This document shows, in pieces, positions 10,094 to 20,570 of a stretch of DNA of 64,000 nt. Each line of letters begins with the position of its first letter. Within the stretch, counting starts at the first letter, position 1. The notes below the pieces were generated by a model, which was given only the letters and a program-made list of their open reading frames with translations, did no database searches and was not told the DNA's origin. The translations under genes were made by a program, and so were the position numbers. Where the stretch lies: contig CBDCTZ010000015.1 in the NCBI GenBank assembly GCA_965222375.1, forward strand, positions 160,001 through 224,000, read 5' to 3'. This DNA comes from Polyangiaceae bacterium (GTDB lineage Bacteria > Myxococcota_A > Polyangia > Polyangiales > Polyangiaceae).

Positions 10094-12652
10094 TTGAGGT
10101 ACGCTAGCTTCGTGTCCAAATCCCTCGGTGACAGGGTTGTCGTCGGTGCGGACGACGACACCATCTTGGCATCGTTTCTGGAGCACGTGGAGGAGAGCGG
10201 GCTCACGCTCTATCCGGCGCAAGAGCAAGCTCTGCTCGAGATCGCTTCGGGCAAGAACCTGATCCTCAACACGCCGACGGGCTCGGGCAAGTCGCTGGTC
10301 GCCAGCTTCGTGCACTTCCGCGCTCTCGCGAAGGGGCAGCGCTCGGTTTACACGAGTCCAATCAAGGCGCTGGCTAGCGAGAAGTTCTTCGCGCTAGCCA
10401 AGGAGCTCGGCCCAGAGCGCGTCGGCATGCTGACCGGCGATGCTGCAGTGAATCGTGACGCGCCGATATTGTGCTGCACAGCGGAGATCGTTTCCAACAT
10501 GGCCCTGCGGGAGGGCGCAGACGCCGACATCGACCATCTGGTGATGGACGAGTTCCACTACTACTCGGACGCGGAGCGCGGCGTCGCTTGGCAGATCCCA
10601 CTGCTGCTCATGCGCCGCGCACGCTTCACGTTGATGAGCGCCACCCTGGGCGATACGAGCTTCTTCGAAGAGCGTCTGACGGAGCTGACCGAAGTCGAGA
10701 CCGCGGCGGTCGTAAGCAAGGACCGCCCGGTGCCACTGGATTTCTCGTATCGCGAGACTCCGCTGCACGAGACGGTCGAAGCTCTGCTGAGCGAGGGGCG
10801 CGCGCCAATCTACATCGTGAACTTCACCCAGCGCGGCGCCGCGGAAGAAGCACAGAGCCTGATGAGCGTGGATTTTTCGAGCAAGGAGGAGAAACGTGAA
10901 ATCAAGCAGGCGCTGGTCGGCGTGCGGTTCGAAAGCCCCTACGGCAAGGACTTCATGCGTTTCCTGCGTCACGGCATCGGACTGCACCATGCGGGCTTGC
11001 TGCCCAAGTATCGGCTAGCCGTGGAAAAGCTGGCGCAGAAAGGCCATCTGAAGATCATCTCGGGCACCGACACGTTGGGCGTCGGCGTGAACATCCCGAT
11101 CCGCACGGTGCTCTTCACCAAGCTATGCAAGTTCGATGGGCAGAAGACGGCGATCTGCACGGTTCGGGATTTTCAGCAGATCAGCGGGCGGGCTGGGCGC
11201 AAGGGCTTCGATGATCGCGGCAGCGTCGCGGTGCAGGCACCAGCGCACGTGATCGAGAACATCCGCCTGGAAGCCAAGGCCGCGGGCAATCCGACCAGGA
11301 AGCGCAAGCTGGTCAAGAAGAAACCCCCGGTCCGCGGCTACGTGCACTGGGACCGCGCTACCTTCGATCGACTGGTGAGCTCACCGCCCGAAGCGCTCGT
11401 GTCGAGGTTCCGAGTCACTCACGGCATGCTGATCAACGTGCTCGGGCGCGAGTCCGGCGGGTGCATGGCCATGGCGCGGCTGATCCGTGACTCTCACGAA
11501 AGGGAAGCCGACAAGCGCGAACAGGGCAGTGTTGCGCTGCAGATGTTCCGCGCCTTGTTGGACGCGGGGATCGTGGAGCGCGTTCCCCTGGACGCCGCTG
11601 GCGGCGGCGTTGGCCATCGCATTCAGGTCAGCGAGAGCTTGCAGCACGACTTTTCCCTGAACCAGGCCCTGTCCCTATACTTGCTGGACACGATCGGACT
11701 GCTCGATATCGAGGGCGAAAGCTACGCCCTCGACTTGCTCACCCTGGTCGAGGCGATACTGGAAAACCCTATGGTGATCCTGCGCAAGCAGCTGGATCAG
11801 CTCAAGACCCTCGCTATCAGCGAGATGAAGGCCGCAGGGGTCGAATACGAGGAGCGCATCGCAAAGCTGGAAGAGCTCGACTACCCGCGCCCCAACGCCG
11901 ATTTCATCTACGGCACCTTCAACGCTTTCGCCGAAAAACACCCCTGGGTGGACCAAGAGAACATCCGCCCCAAGTCCATCGCTCGAGACATGGTGGAAAA
12001 GTTTCTCTCCTTTTCGGACTACGTGAAAGAGTATGGCCTCGAGCGCTCCGAGGGGCTGCTTCTGCGCTACCTCTCCCAGGTCTACAAGGTTCTGGTGCAA
12101 ACCGTGCCGGACGAGGACAAAACCGTGGAGGTCGATGAGCTGGTGACCTTCTTCGGCGCCATGGTGCGACAGGTCGACTCGAGTCTAATCGACGAGTGGG
12201 AGCAGATGCGCGCGGGCCCATCGGAGCCGGCTCTGCGCCCGCCCCGCGACGATCTGGAGCCCGAGGGCTCCCAGGACGTGACCCGGGACGAGCATGGCTT
12301 CACGGTGTTGGTGCGCAATGCCGTGTTCCAACTGATCCGGGCGCTTGCGCGGCGGGATTTCGCGCAAGCCACAGAACTCGTGCACAGCGACGATTCCGAA
12401 GCGATGGGTCGCGCCGAAATCGAACTCGTGATGACCGAGTTCTTCGCGCAGCACGCAGCGCTGAGGATCGACCCGGAGGCGCGCAGCCCCAAGCTCCTGA
12501 CCCTGGACAAGAGCGAGTTCCGGTGGGAGTGGTCTCAGCTGTTGCTGGATCCCGAAGACGAAAACGATTGGGTCCTGAGCGGCAGCATCGACATCGATGC
12601 GTCACGCGAATCCGGGCGCCCAATGCTTTCGCTACGACGCATCGGGTCATGA
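10094..12652 (+). CDS. Ski2-like DEAD/DEAH helicase with DUF3516-type C-terminus
   Basis: [37 protein letters not shown]; start uncertain. Confidence 0.92.
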   Translation: MRYASFVSKSLGDRVVVGADDDTILASFLEHVEESGLTLYPAQEQALLEIASGKNLILNTPTGSGKSLVASFVHFRALAKGQRSVYTSPIKALASEKFFALAKELGPERVGMLTGDAAVNRDAPILCCTAEIVSNMALREGADADIDHLVMDEFHYYSDAERGVAWQIPLLLMRRARFTLMSATLGDTSFFEERLTELTEVETAAVVSKDRPVPLDFSYRETPLHETVEALLSEGRAPIYIVNFTQRGAAEEAQSLMSVDFSSKEEKREIKQALVGVRFESPYGKDFMRFLRHGIGLHHAGLLPKYRLAVEKLAQKGHLKIISGTDTLGVGVNIPIRTVLFTKLCKFDGQKTAICTVRDFQQISGRAGRKGFDDRGSVAVQAPAHVIENIRLEAKAAGNPTRKRKLVKKKPPVRGYVHWDRATFDRLVSSPPEALVSRFRVTHGMLINVLGRESGGCMAMARLIRDSHEREADKREQGSVALQMFRALLDAGIVERVPLDAAGGGVGHRIQVSESLQHDFSLNQALSLYLLDTIGLLDIEGESYALDLLTLVEAILENPMVILRKQLDQLKTLAISEMKAAGVEYEERIAKLEELDYPRPNADFIYGTFNAFAEKHPWVDQENIRPKSIARDMVEKFLSFSDYVKEYGLERSEGLLLRYLSQVYKVLVQTVPDEDKTVEVDELVTFFGAMVRQVDSSLIDEWEQMRAGPSEPALRPPRDDLEPEGSQDVTRDEHGFTVLVRNAVFQLIRALARRDFAQATELVHSDDSEAMGRAEIELVMTEFFAQHAALRIDPEARSPKLLTLDKSEFRWEWSQLLLDPEDENDWVLSGSIDIDASRESGRPMLSLRRIGS

Positions 12653-12665
12653 GGGCAGAAGCGAC

Positions 12666-13751
12666 ATGAAGCAAGCATGGATGCTCGGTAGCTTGGCGAT
12701 ATGCGTTGCATGCCACAGCGAGCGCCCGGCGGCGCCGCCCCCAACTCCGCCGCCCGCGGTGCAACTGCCTCCGCCCCCGGCGCCCGGCGCCCAGCCGGAA
12801 CTCGTGGTGGAGCAGTCGGCGCGTCCCGACAACCCCTGCATCGTCAAGGTAGCCGAGCTCAAAGGCCGTATTCCCGTCCGGCTCTCGGCGAATCTCGAAC
12901 CTTTCGCCTGGCTCCGAAAGCCGCGGGCAGCGCTGCATGTGAAGGTTGGCAACGCTTCTCGTGCCCAACTCGAGCTCGAGAAAGAGGGCGTCGTGTTTAC
13001 GCTGCGCTACGTGGCACGGGATCTACCGCTTCGCCCGACGCGACCCATCGTGTTCGCCGGGCACGTCGTTCCCAATGCCTATGCGGAGTTCGGGCTCCTC
13101 AGCGCAACCGCGGAGAGCGTAACCGTGAGCTACCAGCTGTCAGCAGCATTCAAACCAGCAGCGCCCCTGCATCAACAGGTGCAGTGTGGGGACCTCGCTT
13201 TCGAAAGAACTCGATTTGACCCGCGAAAGGCGACCAAGCTTGGAAAACCCAGTGGAGAAGGTTCGCTACCGGCCGGGCGCGAATTGCCTTTCCACGACAA
13301 ACCCGGCGCTCCGGAAATCACACGGCACACCCTGGCGCGCGCGTCCGGTGTGGACATCCATGAGGCGCGCGACGGTTTCAGCTTGGTCGCGTTCACGACG
13401 CAAGGCGAGTTCGTGTTCGGCTGGGTGCCAAGCTCCCTTCTTTCACCTGGGGTGGGAGGCATTGGGCTGGGCAGCATTGGAACCATTGGACGCCATGGTT
13501 TTGGGACGAGCTACAAGTCGCACATTGGCTGGGTGAGTTGCGACCGAGACCTCGAGCTATTTGCGCGCCTTGGTGAAGAGAGTGGACGCGTCGGTACGAT
13601 CCGCGCAGGAACCCGTTTCGAGCCCGGCAGCCGGCAGGACGCGCGCACCAAGGTCAAGTTCTGGGCGCAGTGGCTACGCGTCGCGCCGAAGGCCAAGCTC
13701 TCGGTCGACTCTGACGCCCTCGAGCATTGCGCCCCCCTCGGCCGTCCTTGA
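12666..13751 (+). CDS. hypothetical lipoprotein
   Basis: Lipobox CVAC, Pro linker, long ORF just after the helicase. Confidence 0.65.
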   Translation: MKQAWMLGSLAICVACHSERPAAPPPTPPPAVQLPPPPAPGAQPELVVEQSARPDNPCIVKVAELKGRIPVRLSANLEPFAWLRKPRAALHVKVGNASRAQLELEKEGVVFTLRYVARDLPLRPTRPIVFAGHVVPNAYAEFGLLSATAESVTVSYQLSAAFKPAAPLHQQVQCGDLAFERTRFDPRKATKLGKPSGEGSLPAGRELPFHDKPGAPEITRHTLARASGVDIHEARDGFSLVAFTTQGEFVFGWVPSSLLSPGVGGIGLGSIGTIGRHGFGTSYKSHIGWVSCDRDLELFARLGEESGRVGTIRAGTRFEPGSRQDARTKVKFWAQWLRVAPKAKLSVDSDALEHCAPLGRP

Positions 13752-13762
13752 GCGTCGGGGAG

Positions 13763-14305
13763 TCACTTGGGCAGGGACTTCTCGATGCAACGCTGTATGC
13801 ATTTGGCTTGAGGCTCGATGCACTCCGGCGAGCATGGGATGAAGTTCGTGGTGCACTGGGTGCTGCAGGACCACTTGCCCCCGCATCCCTTCGCACAAGC
13901 GTTGCAAGACTTTCTGCAACGCGCGACGCAGCCCAGGCAGGACTTGTGGCACTTCTTGGTGCAAGCATCATCTCCGGGGTCGGGTGTGAGGCAGACGTCG
14001 TCTTCAATCAAGCCGCAGGGGTCCTCGGACTCGTCCGTTGCAGGAGACGTCGTCGGTGCTGAATCGGCCTTCCCGGAACTGGTCGCCGTTGGCGTGGCAG
14101 CAGCGGGGGCGGCGAGCGTGCTTGGTTCCGGGCTAGCCGAGGGCGTCGAGGCTGGTGGTTCGGAGGCTGGCGCCGAAGCCGGGCTTGGCTCTGCCGGTTG
14201 GCTGGCCGCCGTGCCCGCGCCGCAGCCACTGGATGCGACGAACCCAGCGCTGACCAACGCGAACGACATGATGAGGTTCCTGTAAGGCACGGCGCGCACT
14301 GGCAT
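13763..14305 (-). CDS. Cys-rich hypothetical lipoprotein
   Basis: Hydrophobic signal ending SSGC, P/S/A linker, CxxxC-rich C-terminus. Confidence 0.65.
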   Translation of the reverse strand: MPVRAVPYRNLIMSFALVSAGFVASSGCGAGTAASQPAEPSPASAPASEPPASTPSASPEPSTLAAPAAATPTATSSGKADSAPTTSPATDESEDPCGLIEDDVCLTPDPGDDACTKKCHKSCLGCVARCRKSCNACAKGCGGKWSCSTQCTTNFIPCSPECIEPQAKCIQRCIEKSLPK

Positions 14306-14523
14306 CCGCGTGAGTTTCCCTCGATGTCCTTCCCAAGTACAGGTCTCGCGCATGGGTCCGCCACGCAGCGAGCTGCACCCGGTCGAGCCCGGGCGGGACT
14401 TGGCACCCGCGAGGTCCCAGCACGAGGTTTCTTTCACTTTTCCTCTAGTTGACCTCCTCCTCATCCAGGCTTTGCCTGGCGCACCGACCCCAAACCAAAC
14501 AACACAAGAGACGGGCGGCGTGC

Positions 14524-15492
14524 CTACTCAGACTCGAACCGCTGCCCGTTCCAGGTGTAGCGGTCGACGGACTTCTTCGAAACACAGACTTCGCGGTACT
14601 TCGCCGGCAGACCGTGGTCAGGCTTGGAACAACTGATCTCCGTCGTTTTGATGATGGTTCTCGGGAAACCGCCCTCGAGGGAAATGCTGCCACTGTTCAC
14701 CTTGACCGGCGGAAAGGGGCAACCGCTGTAGGTTGCATGATACAGCGTGTGCACGAGTACCGAGGCGAGCTGTCGACCCTTCAGAACGAAGTACTCGAGC
14801 TTGTGGGTGCCACTTCGCCCACAGCCGCCGCACTTGCCGTACTGACGAACCACCTGCAACGCGTCACGCTTTTCGTCCACCAGGCGCACGGGCTCCACGA
14901 CAATAGGGGGCGAGTATGGATCGACACCGAGGCACGCGCTCTGTCGGTGGCTTTGATCTGCCGACATCGGCTCTCCAATGCGACACCAATAGCTGTGCGC
15001 CTTGGGTGTGAGCACCCGAAAGCGAACGTGCTGAACCGGCATTGGGCCGTCTCCGCCTTGGTAGCGAAGGTAGACGCCACGGTCCATTTCGGAGTCGGAC
15101 GTCATGGCGAGGGGGATGAGCTCGAGTTCGACGAGCTTTGGGGCCACTGGGGGCGAGTTGCCGCCCTCCGAGCGCTGGTCAGGCACAGGGTCGAACCCCA
15201 TGTTGGCGAGCAATTCATTGCGGCGCTCTGCTTTGCGGGCAGCTCGCAACTCATCTTTCCAGCGTTCCAAATCGAGCTTGAGGGCGAGGCCGCCTTCACA
15301 CTTCGGCTCGCCGGCGGCCCCTTGCACCAAAGAAGCGTCGGGCGACGCGCCGACGGCCGCATCGGGAGCATCGGGCATCGGGCCCGGTGCAGCTAGCGGG
15401 CGCCGCTGACTCGCAGGCGTGCAGTTAGCGACCCAAAGCACGCCCAACAAGGTCAACATGGGCCATAGCGCGTACTCGTACCGGCGTTTCAT
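14524..15492 (-). CDS. hypothetical lipoprotein
   Basis: Signal with VANC; globular domain ending YTWNGQRF. Confidence 0.65.
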   Translation of the reverse strand: MKRRYEYALWPMLTLLGVLWVANCTPASQRRPLAAPGPMPDAPDAAVGASPDASLVQGAAGEPKCEGGLALKLDLERWKDELRAARKAERRNELLANMGFDPVPDQRSEGGNSPPVAPKLVELELIPLAMTSDSEMDRGVYLRYQGGDGPMPVQHVRFRVLTPKAHSYWCRIGEPMSADQSHRQSACLGVDPYSPPIVVEPVRLVDEKRDALQVVRQYGKCGGCGRSGTHKLEYFVLKGRQLASVLVHTLYHATYSGCPFPPVKVNSGSISLEGGFPRTIIKTTEISCSKPDHGLPAKYREVCVSKKSVDRYTWNGQRFESE

Positions 15493-15580
15493 CGCTGCCC
15501 GCGAACCCTATCAAACCCACAAGACACCAACGCCCGGAACGAGGAATCGCATCCGGGCGTCAGTAGGAGCCGCCAGCGGC

Positions 15581-15720
15581 TCAGTTGCAGTTGGCGCCGT
15601 AGTCTGAGCAGCAATCCGCGCGCCCCACACAACCCGAGTCGCAGCAGCACAGGTTGGGCGGACTGGTGCCCGGCGCGTTGGTCGTCTCGCCACAGTGGCC
15701 GGCACAGCTGCCACCAAAAG
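15581..15720 (-). pseudogene. orphan somatomedin-B-like Cys-rich C-terminal fragment
   Basis: SCAGHCG...CCCDSGCVGRADCCSDYGANCN* matches the CxCDxxCxxxxDCCxDY pattern; no credible start. Confidence 0.55.
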
Positions 15721-15897
15721 CGGCACACCTCAAGCCCCTGCGCGACCGTCGCGTGCTATCGCACGTTCTTCCAGCTAGAGAAAAATCGGGCCCGCGAGCT
15801 TTTCGGTGCAATTTCAGACAATTGCGTGTTTTCCGGCACGGCTCCGCGCGTTTTTTGTCATGGTCCAAGAAAGATCGCCAGCTTCGTTCCCACTAAG

Positions 15898-16299
15898 ATG
15901 GACATGATGCGACAGATAACGGTGAGCGTGGGCTTGGTCTTGTTCGGGATGCTTTCGGCCTGCGGAAGCGATGATGACGACGGAGGCACCGAGGCCGACA
16001 AACAAGGCATCGGGGCCAGCTGTAACAACAACGACGACTGCTTCGAGCAGGGGCAAACCTGCCTGAGTTTCAAGGGGGGCTACTGCGGGGTCGAGGACTG
16101 TAAGGACGACTCGGACTGCCCGAGCGGCTCCCGCTGCGTCGCCCACACCGCACCAGCAAAGAACTATTGCTTTCGGGTCTGCGCCGACAAGATCGACTGT
16201 AATCGAAACCGACCTGCCGATGCTGAGGCCAACTGCTCCGCCAATCTCGTCTTCGCAGATGGCAAAAAGGGCGGGAAAGCCTGCATTCCGCCGAGCTGA
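15898..16299 (+). CDS. small Cys-rich lipoprotein
   Basis: Lipobox LSAC-GSDDDD; GGYC...C..DSDCP.GSRC pattern. Confidence 0.8.
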   Translation: MDMMRQITVSVGLVLFGMLSACGSDDDDGGTEADKQGIGASCNNNDDCFEQGQTCLSFKGGYCGVEDCKDDSDCPSGSRCVAHTAPAKNYCFRVCADKIDCNRNRPADAEANCSANLVFADGKKGGKACIPPS

Positions 16300-16374
16300 A
16301 CGCGGCCGCCGCTGGCGGCCCACAAAGAGCCACAAACTGGGCCAGACCCACCCATCCATGACAGCCCAGGGGGG

Positions 16375-17703
16375 ATGGCAGAGAAAACCTTTCGAAGTCT
16401 TGCGAGCGCGGCCGTGATGGCTGGATTTTTCGCCGGCTGCAACGGCGCCGAGGAAACCGTCCCCGACCTCTCGAAGTCCGGGGAAGCGGAAGGCATTCCT
16501 CAGGTCCCAACGCCGCCGGAAAACGGGCCGAAGCTGGGCGCGATAGCCGAAGTCGTTCCTGTCCTCGAGCGCCCGAGTCAGACCGGGCGCCAACTCGGCT
16601 ATCTGCACGCGGGCGCCCTCGTAGCACGCGCCGAGGAGCCCTACTCGAAGGAGGGTTGCGAGGGTGGCTGGTACCCGGTGCGTCCGAAGGGCTTCGTCTG
16701 CGCTGGCGACGGCGCCACGACGGACATGAAGCACCCGACCCTTGCCGCAATGGCACAAGCTCCCAAGCGCGAGCAGTTGCTGCCATACACTTACGCGCGG
16801 GCTCGCAAACAAACGCCGATCTACGAGCGCGACGCGAGCAAAGACAACGCCGTCAAAGAGTCCGGCAAACTGCGATCTCGCAGCGTGCTGGCAATTGTCG
16901 GCTCCTGGTCGGCGATGGACCCCGACGGCAAGATGCAGCGACTCGGCTTGACCACCAGTGGCAAGTTCGTTCGTGCCGTGGACCTGGAACCCGTGAGCGG
17001 CAGTGATTTCGAGGGCGTTTCCCTGGAAGGCAAGAAGGGACTGCCCCTCGGCTTCATCGTCAAACGGGGGATTCGTTTTTGGGAAGTCGAAAAGGGCGAA
17101 GCCGACAAACTCGGCAAGGCTGCCTATCACACCATCCTGCCCCTCACGGGTCGCTACCGCACGGTGGGGCCACTGAAATACTGGGCCACTGCCGACGATA
17201 AATACGTGCGTCATCGCGACGTCACGGTCATTCGTCGACGCAACACCTATCCCGATTTTGCCGTCGGCGATCAGAAGTGGATCGACGTGAGCATCATCAC
17301 GGGATCTGCAGTGCTGTACGAGGGTCGCAAGCCGATTCTGGCGACTCTTGTCAGCGTAGGGCGGGATCGCGTAGGCGATCCGAAAACCGACGCCGTGACC
17401 ATTCAGGGCACCTTCGACGTCGTGGGCAAGCACATCACTGCGGCGAAGCTCGATCCCAAGAGCGTGGCGGATCACATCGACACCTACGACTTGCCCTGGG
17501 CCATCGAACTGTCCAGCGGACAGCTGATCCACGGTGCCACCTGGCACAACCGTTTCGGAATCGAACACGGCAAAGGCAACGTGCAGATGGCGCCGACGGA
17601 TGCTTCCCGGGTCTGGTCATGGGTGGAGCCTGAAGTACCTGCGAATTGGCACGGCGTGACCCAAGTCGGCGATCGCAAGACGATCGTGATCGTACGCAAA
17701 TGA
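16375..17703 (+). CDS. L,D-transpeptidase-family lipoprotein (catalytic Cys apparently replaced)
   Basis: KWIDVSI, ATLVSVG, IHGATWHNRFG; expected SHGC reads GKGNV. Confidence 0.8.
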   Translation: MAEKTFRSLASAAVMAGFFAGCNGAEETVPDLSKSGEAEGIPQVPTPPENGPKLGAIAEVVPVLERPSQTGRQLGYLHAGALVARAEEPYSKEGCEGGWYPVRPKGFVCAGDGATTDMKHPTLAAMAQAPKREQLLPYTYARARKQTPIYERDASKDNAVKESGKLRSRSVLAIVGSWSAMDPDGKMQRLGLTTSGKFVRAVDLEPVSGSDFEGVSLEGKKGLPLGFIVKRGIRFWEVEKGEADKLGKAAYHTILPLTGRYRTVGPLKYWATADDKYVRHRDVTVIRRRNTYPDFAVGDQKWIDVSIITGSAVLYEGRKPILATLVSVGRDRVGDPKTDAVTIQGTFDVVGKHITAAKLDPKSVADHIDTYDLPWAIELSSGQLIHGATWHNRFGIEHGKGNVQMAPTDASRVWSWVEPEVPANWHGVTQVGDRKTIVIVRK

Positions 17704-18034
17704 GTGGGCTTTCCGCGCAGCTTCTGGTCTTCTCGGCTAGGGTCGCATCGCCAGTGCGACGGCAAGCCGCCATTCCCGGCGCCTCGCGGCGAGCTTTGGG
17801 ATGGTTCACGTGCCTGTCTTGTTGGTTTTTGGGGGGATGGCGCGCTCGGCGTCATCGACAGTTCTTTATTGTTCGTCGCGCGCGCTTCTGTGCTCAGGCG
17901 CATTCGGGTTGTCCCGGATTTCGCTCGAGGCTTCGTACTGGAGGTTTTGCGCGACGGGAGCGTTGCCTTCGGGGGCGGCCCTCGGGTTTGGCCTCGGGTG
18001 GGAAGACGAGTGGTGCGCGGCCGTAGGATTCGCC

Positions 18035-18544
18035 ATGAAACCAACGAACGACAGGCTCGAACGTGGCGCTCGGCATCGGTGGCTCAAGCGCCTCTGCTGG
18101 GTGGTGGCCGGAGTGACCGGGGCATTCGCGCTCTCGTGCAGTGGTTCCGCCGAGGACACGGGAGGTCATACGGGCGGCAGCTCCGGCGGTGCGGGGCGCG
18201 CGGGGAGTGGCGGGCTTGGAGGGAGCGGTGGCGCCGGGGGCAGCGTCAGCCTCGCATGCATTGGAAACGAAGTCGTATGCGGACTGAACTGTTGCGCTGT
18301 CGGTCAGTGTGACGCGCTGGGTGGTTACTCCATGAAGTTGGAGCCGGTGGACGGAAGATGCAGGATGACCATTACAGATCCGAGTGTTGGAAACGCGGTC
18401 GCGTTTCTCGCCTGTGACGGTTCCGTCGAAGCCTTCAACCCAGACGGGAAGCCCAATGACCAACCGGGAACGTGGACCGGCAGCGGGACCTCGTTTACGC
18501 TTGCGATCGACGGTTTCGACCATGCCTGCAAGTCGGTGCCCTAG
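18035..18544 (+). CDS. hypothetical lipoprotein
   Basis: Lipobox ALSC, Gly linker, Cys-rich domain. Confidence 0.65.
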   Translation: MKPTNDRLERGARHRWLKRLCWVVAGVTGAFALSCSGSAEDTGGHTGGSSGGAGRAGSGGLGGSGGAGGSVSLACIGNEVVCGLNCCAVGQCDALGGYSMKLEPVDGRCRMTITDPSVGNAVAFLACDGSVEAFNPDGKPNDQPGTWTGSGTSFTLAIDGFDHACKSVP

Positions 18545-18831
18545 CGCGACGTCGTGCCGGGCCGTACTGTCGAACCCACGCCGTGGGAGCCCGCGGGACG
18601 ACGCGAGACGAAGCGGCGCAAGGCGCGCCCCCGGAGGGCGCGACCCCGCAAAGCATGACGCTCGAGCAGAGCGCATGTGAGCACGCCGTCGATAGAGGAC
18701 ACGCCATCTTCCCGTTGTCCTGCGGGTCGATGTGCGAGGTGATGCACGACCCATCCAAGGGTGCGCGGGAGCGGCCGGCCGATTTCGCGATGAGCCCGGC
18801 CGTAACTCCTGTCTCGTCGCGAGCTTCGACC

Positions 18832-19175
18832 CTACTCGACTGCACCGGCAGACACGCCCTGCTGGAGGGGCGCGGAAGCATTTGGAACGAGTGGGCCGAA
18901 CGACACCTGCGAGGCAGCGACCACGTGCGCTCGCACACTCGCGTCGGTCAATGGGTCGCACGTCTCCAACCAGGCCTCGGCCAACGTCCTACGGCCGTCG
19001 AAACGCCAGTGATACAGCATCCAAGTCGAGAACAGCGCGAAGTCCGGAAGGTTTCGAACGTCCGCACCGGGCGCATCAAACAAGGCCCACGCGAACGGCA
19101 TCAGCTCCTTGCCAACTAGTCCGCGCGCAAAGCCCGCCAGCTTGTGCCGCGCGCGAGCGGCGGCACCGCGCATAG
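18832..19175 (-). pseudogene. degraded hypothetical protein fragment
   Basis: Protein-like segment FSTWMLYHWRFDGRRTLAEAWL that degrades downstream. Confidence 0.3.
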
Positions 19176-19337
19176 CCCAGTGGCCTCGAATTGCCATGTT
19201 CACACCCCGCACGGGACTATGCCGCAAAAGGTGGCGAGCGGCCAGTGCGCAAGCGCCTGCCAAGGCTCCGCACCTCAACTTTCGCGCAATCACGCGTGAA
19301 GAGCTGCGCAGCCTGCCCTGGTCAGCGAGCGATGGTC

Positions 19338-19949
19338 TCAGTCCCGGTGGTCGTCGCAGAGGTCGTCCCAACCGAGGTCGGGAAACGCATAACGCATCTC
19401 CGCGAGAAGTTCATCTTGTTCGGCTTCGGACCAAGGCTCGTCAGCTTCCACTCCGGGGAGCCGATCCAGCTCGCCCTCCCACGGCGGGAGCGCCGGCGGA
19501 GGGCGAACATAGTTGCCCCCTCGGGAGAGTGTGCATCCCTCATCGAGAGCGCGCTGCCGAATCGCTTGCAGGTCCAGCCCGGCGTACCAATCTCTTGGAT
19601 CTGCTGCGACGCCTGGCGTCCCGACGACGTTGAGCAGAGAGCAGCCAAGATTCGCGAAGAAGCAGAGCCACCTGCTTTCGGCGGCGTCTTCGTCAATCGT
19701 TGGGACGACAGCCAGCGTGAGGCAGTGGCAGTGTTCCCGCTTGCGTCGGTGCCAAACGGCAATGTTGTAGCCGGCCGCCTCACGCTCTTGTTGGCTACCA
19801 CGCCGCTTGCCGACGTAAAACACGCCGGCAGCATCTGCAAAAGCGTAGATCGTAGAAGTCGCATCCTTGTCGGACGTGTCCAGGCCGGCACGCGGCACGT
19901 TTCGAGCATCCGGGTCGGGCTGCGTCGCTGATCCCGGAAGCGCCGCCAT
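19338..19949 (-). CDS. GIY-YIG nuclease-like protein
   Basis: TIYAFADAAGVFYVGK, then Arg (QQER), Glu (AAESRW) and LLN in GIY-YIG order; start uncertain. Confidence 0.55.
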   Translation of the reverse strand: MAALPGSATQPDPDARNVPRAGLDTSDKDATSTIYAFADAAGVFYVGKRRGSQQEREAAGYNIAVWHRRKREHCHCLTLAVVPTIDEDAAESRWLCFFANLGCSLLNVVGTPGVAADPRDWYAGLDLQAIRQRALDEGCTLSRGGNYVRPPPALPPWEGELDRLPGVEADEPWSEAEQDELLAEMRYAFPDLGWDDLCDDHRD

Positions 19950-20570
19950 GCCCGCGCTGATGCTCGCAGCGCGCTCCCAGGCTCGCGCTCGTCCGGCGGC
20001 GGAGCGCGGCCATTGTCCCAACTTCAGCCGAAAGGGCCTACCGTTGGCGTCCGAAAAGCCGCCCCACCAGGCTCCTGTGCTGTACTCGACCTCACTCATC
20101 GGCGCACCATCTGCCCTCCCATCGCGGCGAGCCGCACCCTGCGGACGCTGGCTTGCATTCCTTCCCGCGCGAACCGGCGCGCTTGGACCTCGTCGTCGAG
20201 TCACCATGATCCAGAGTAGCCACTTCCAGGGAACGGACAATGCTTTCCACCACACTCCTCAGGTTGCGCTTGCAGAACGCGCTGGCTTGCGTGGCGGGCG
20301 GGCGGCGCGTCGGAAAAACCGATCTGCCAAATCCATCAGGTCTGCCTCGGCTTGGCGGGTTGCTTTACGGCGTGCGTGTGCTCTGCCGAGGCGCCACGGG
20401 ATGAGCTGCCCTGCCCACCACGTGGTGGTGGTGGGCATTCCAGGACCGCCACGACGTCGGACCGTGCCCGTGTTGCCTGCGCGACCAAGCGACTGCGGTT
20501 TTCCCTACCTCGCTAGTCGCGTGGCCAGTACTATCCGCACGCAACAACTTGGGGAGTCGAGGCGGGTGAG

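Noticed and set aside
15814..17568. Long antisense ORFs (for example 584 aa here, and 44199-45836, 35285-36568)
   Set aside because: Shadow ORFs of high-GC genes, with no recognisable motifs.
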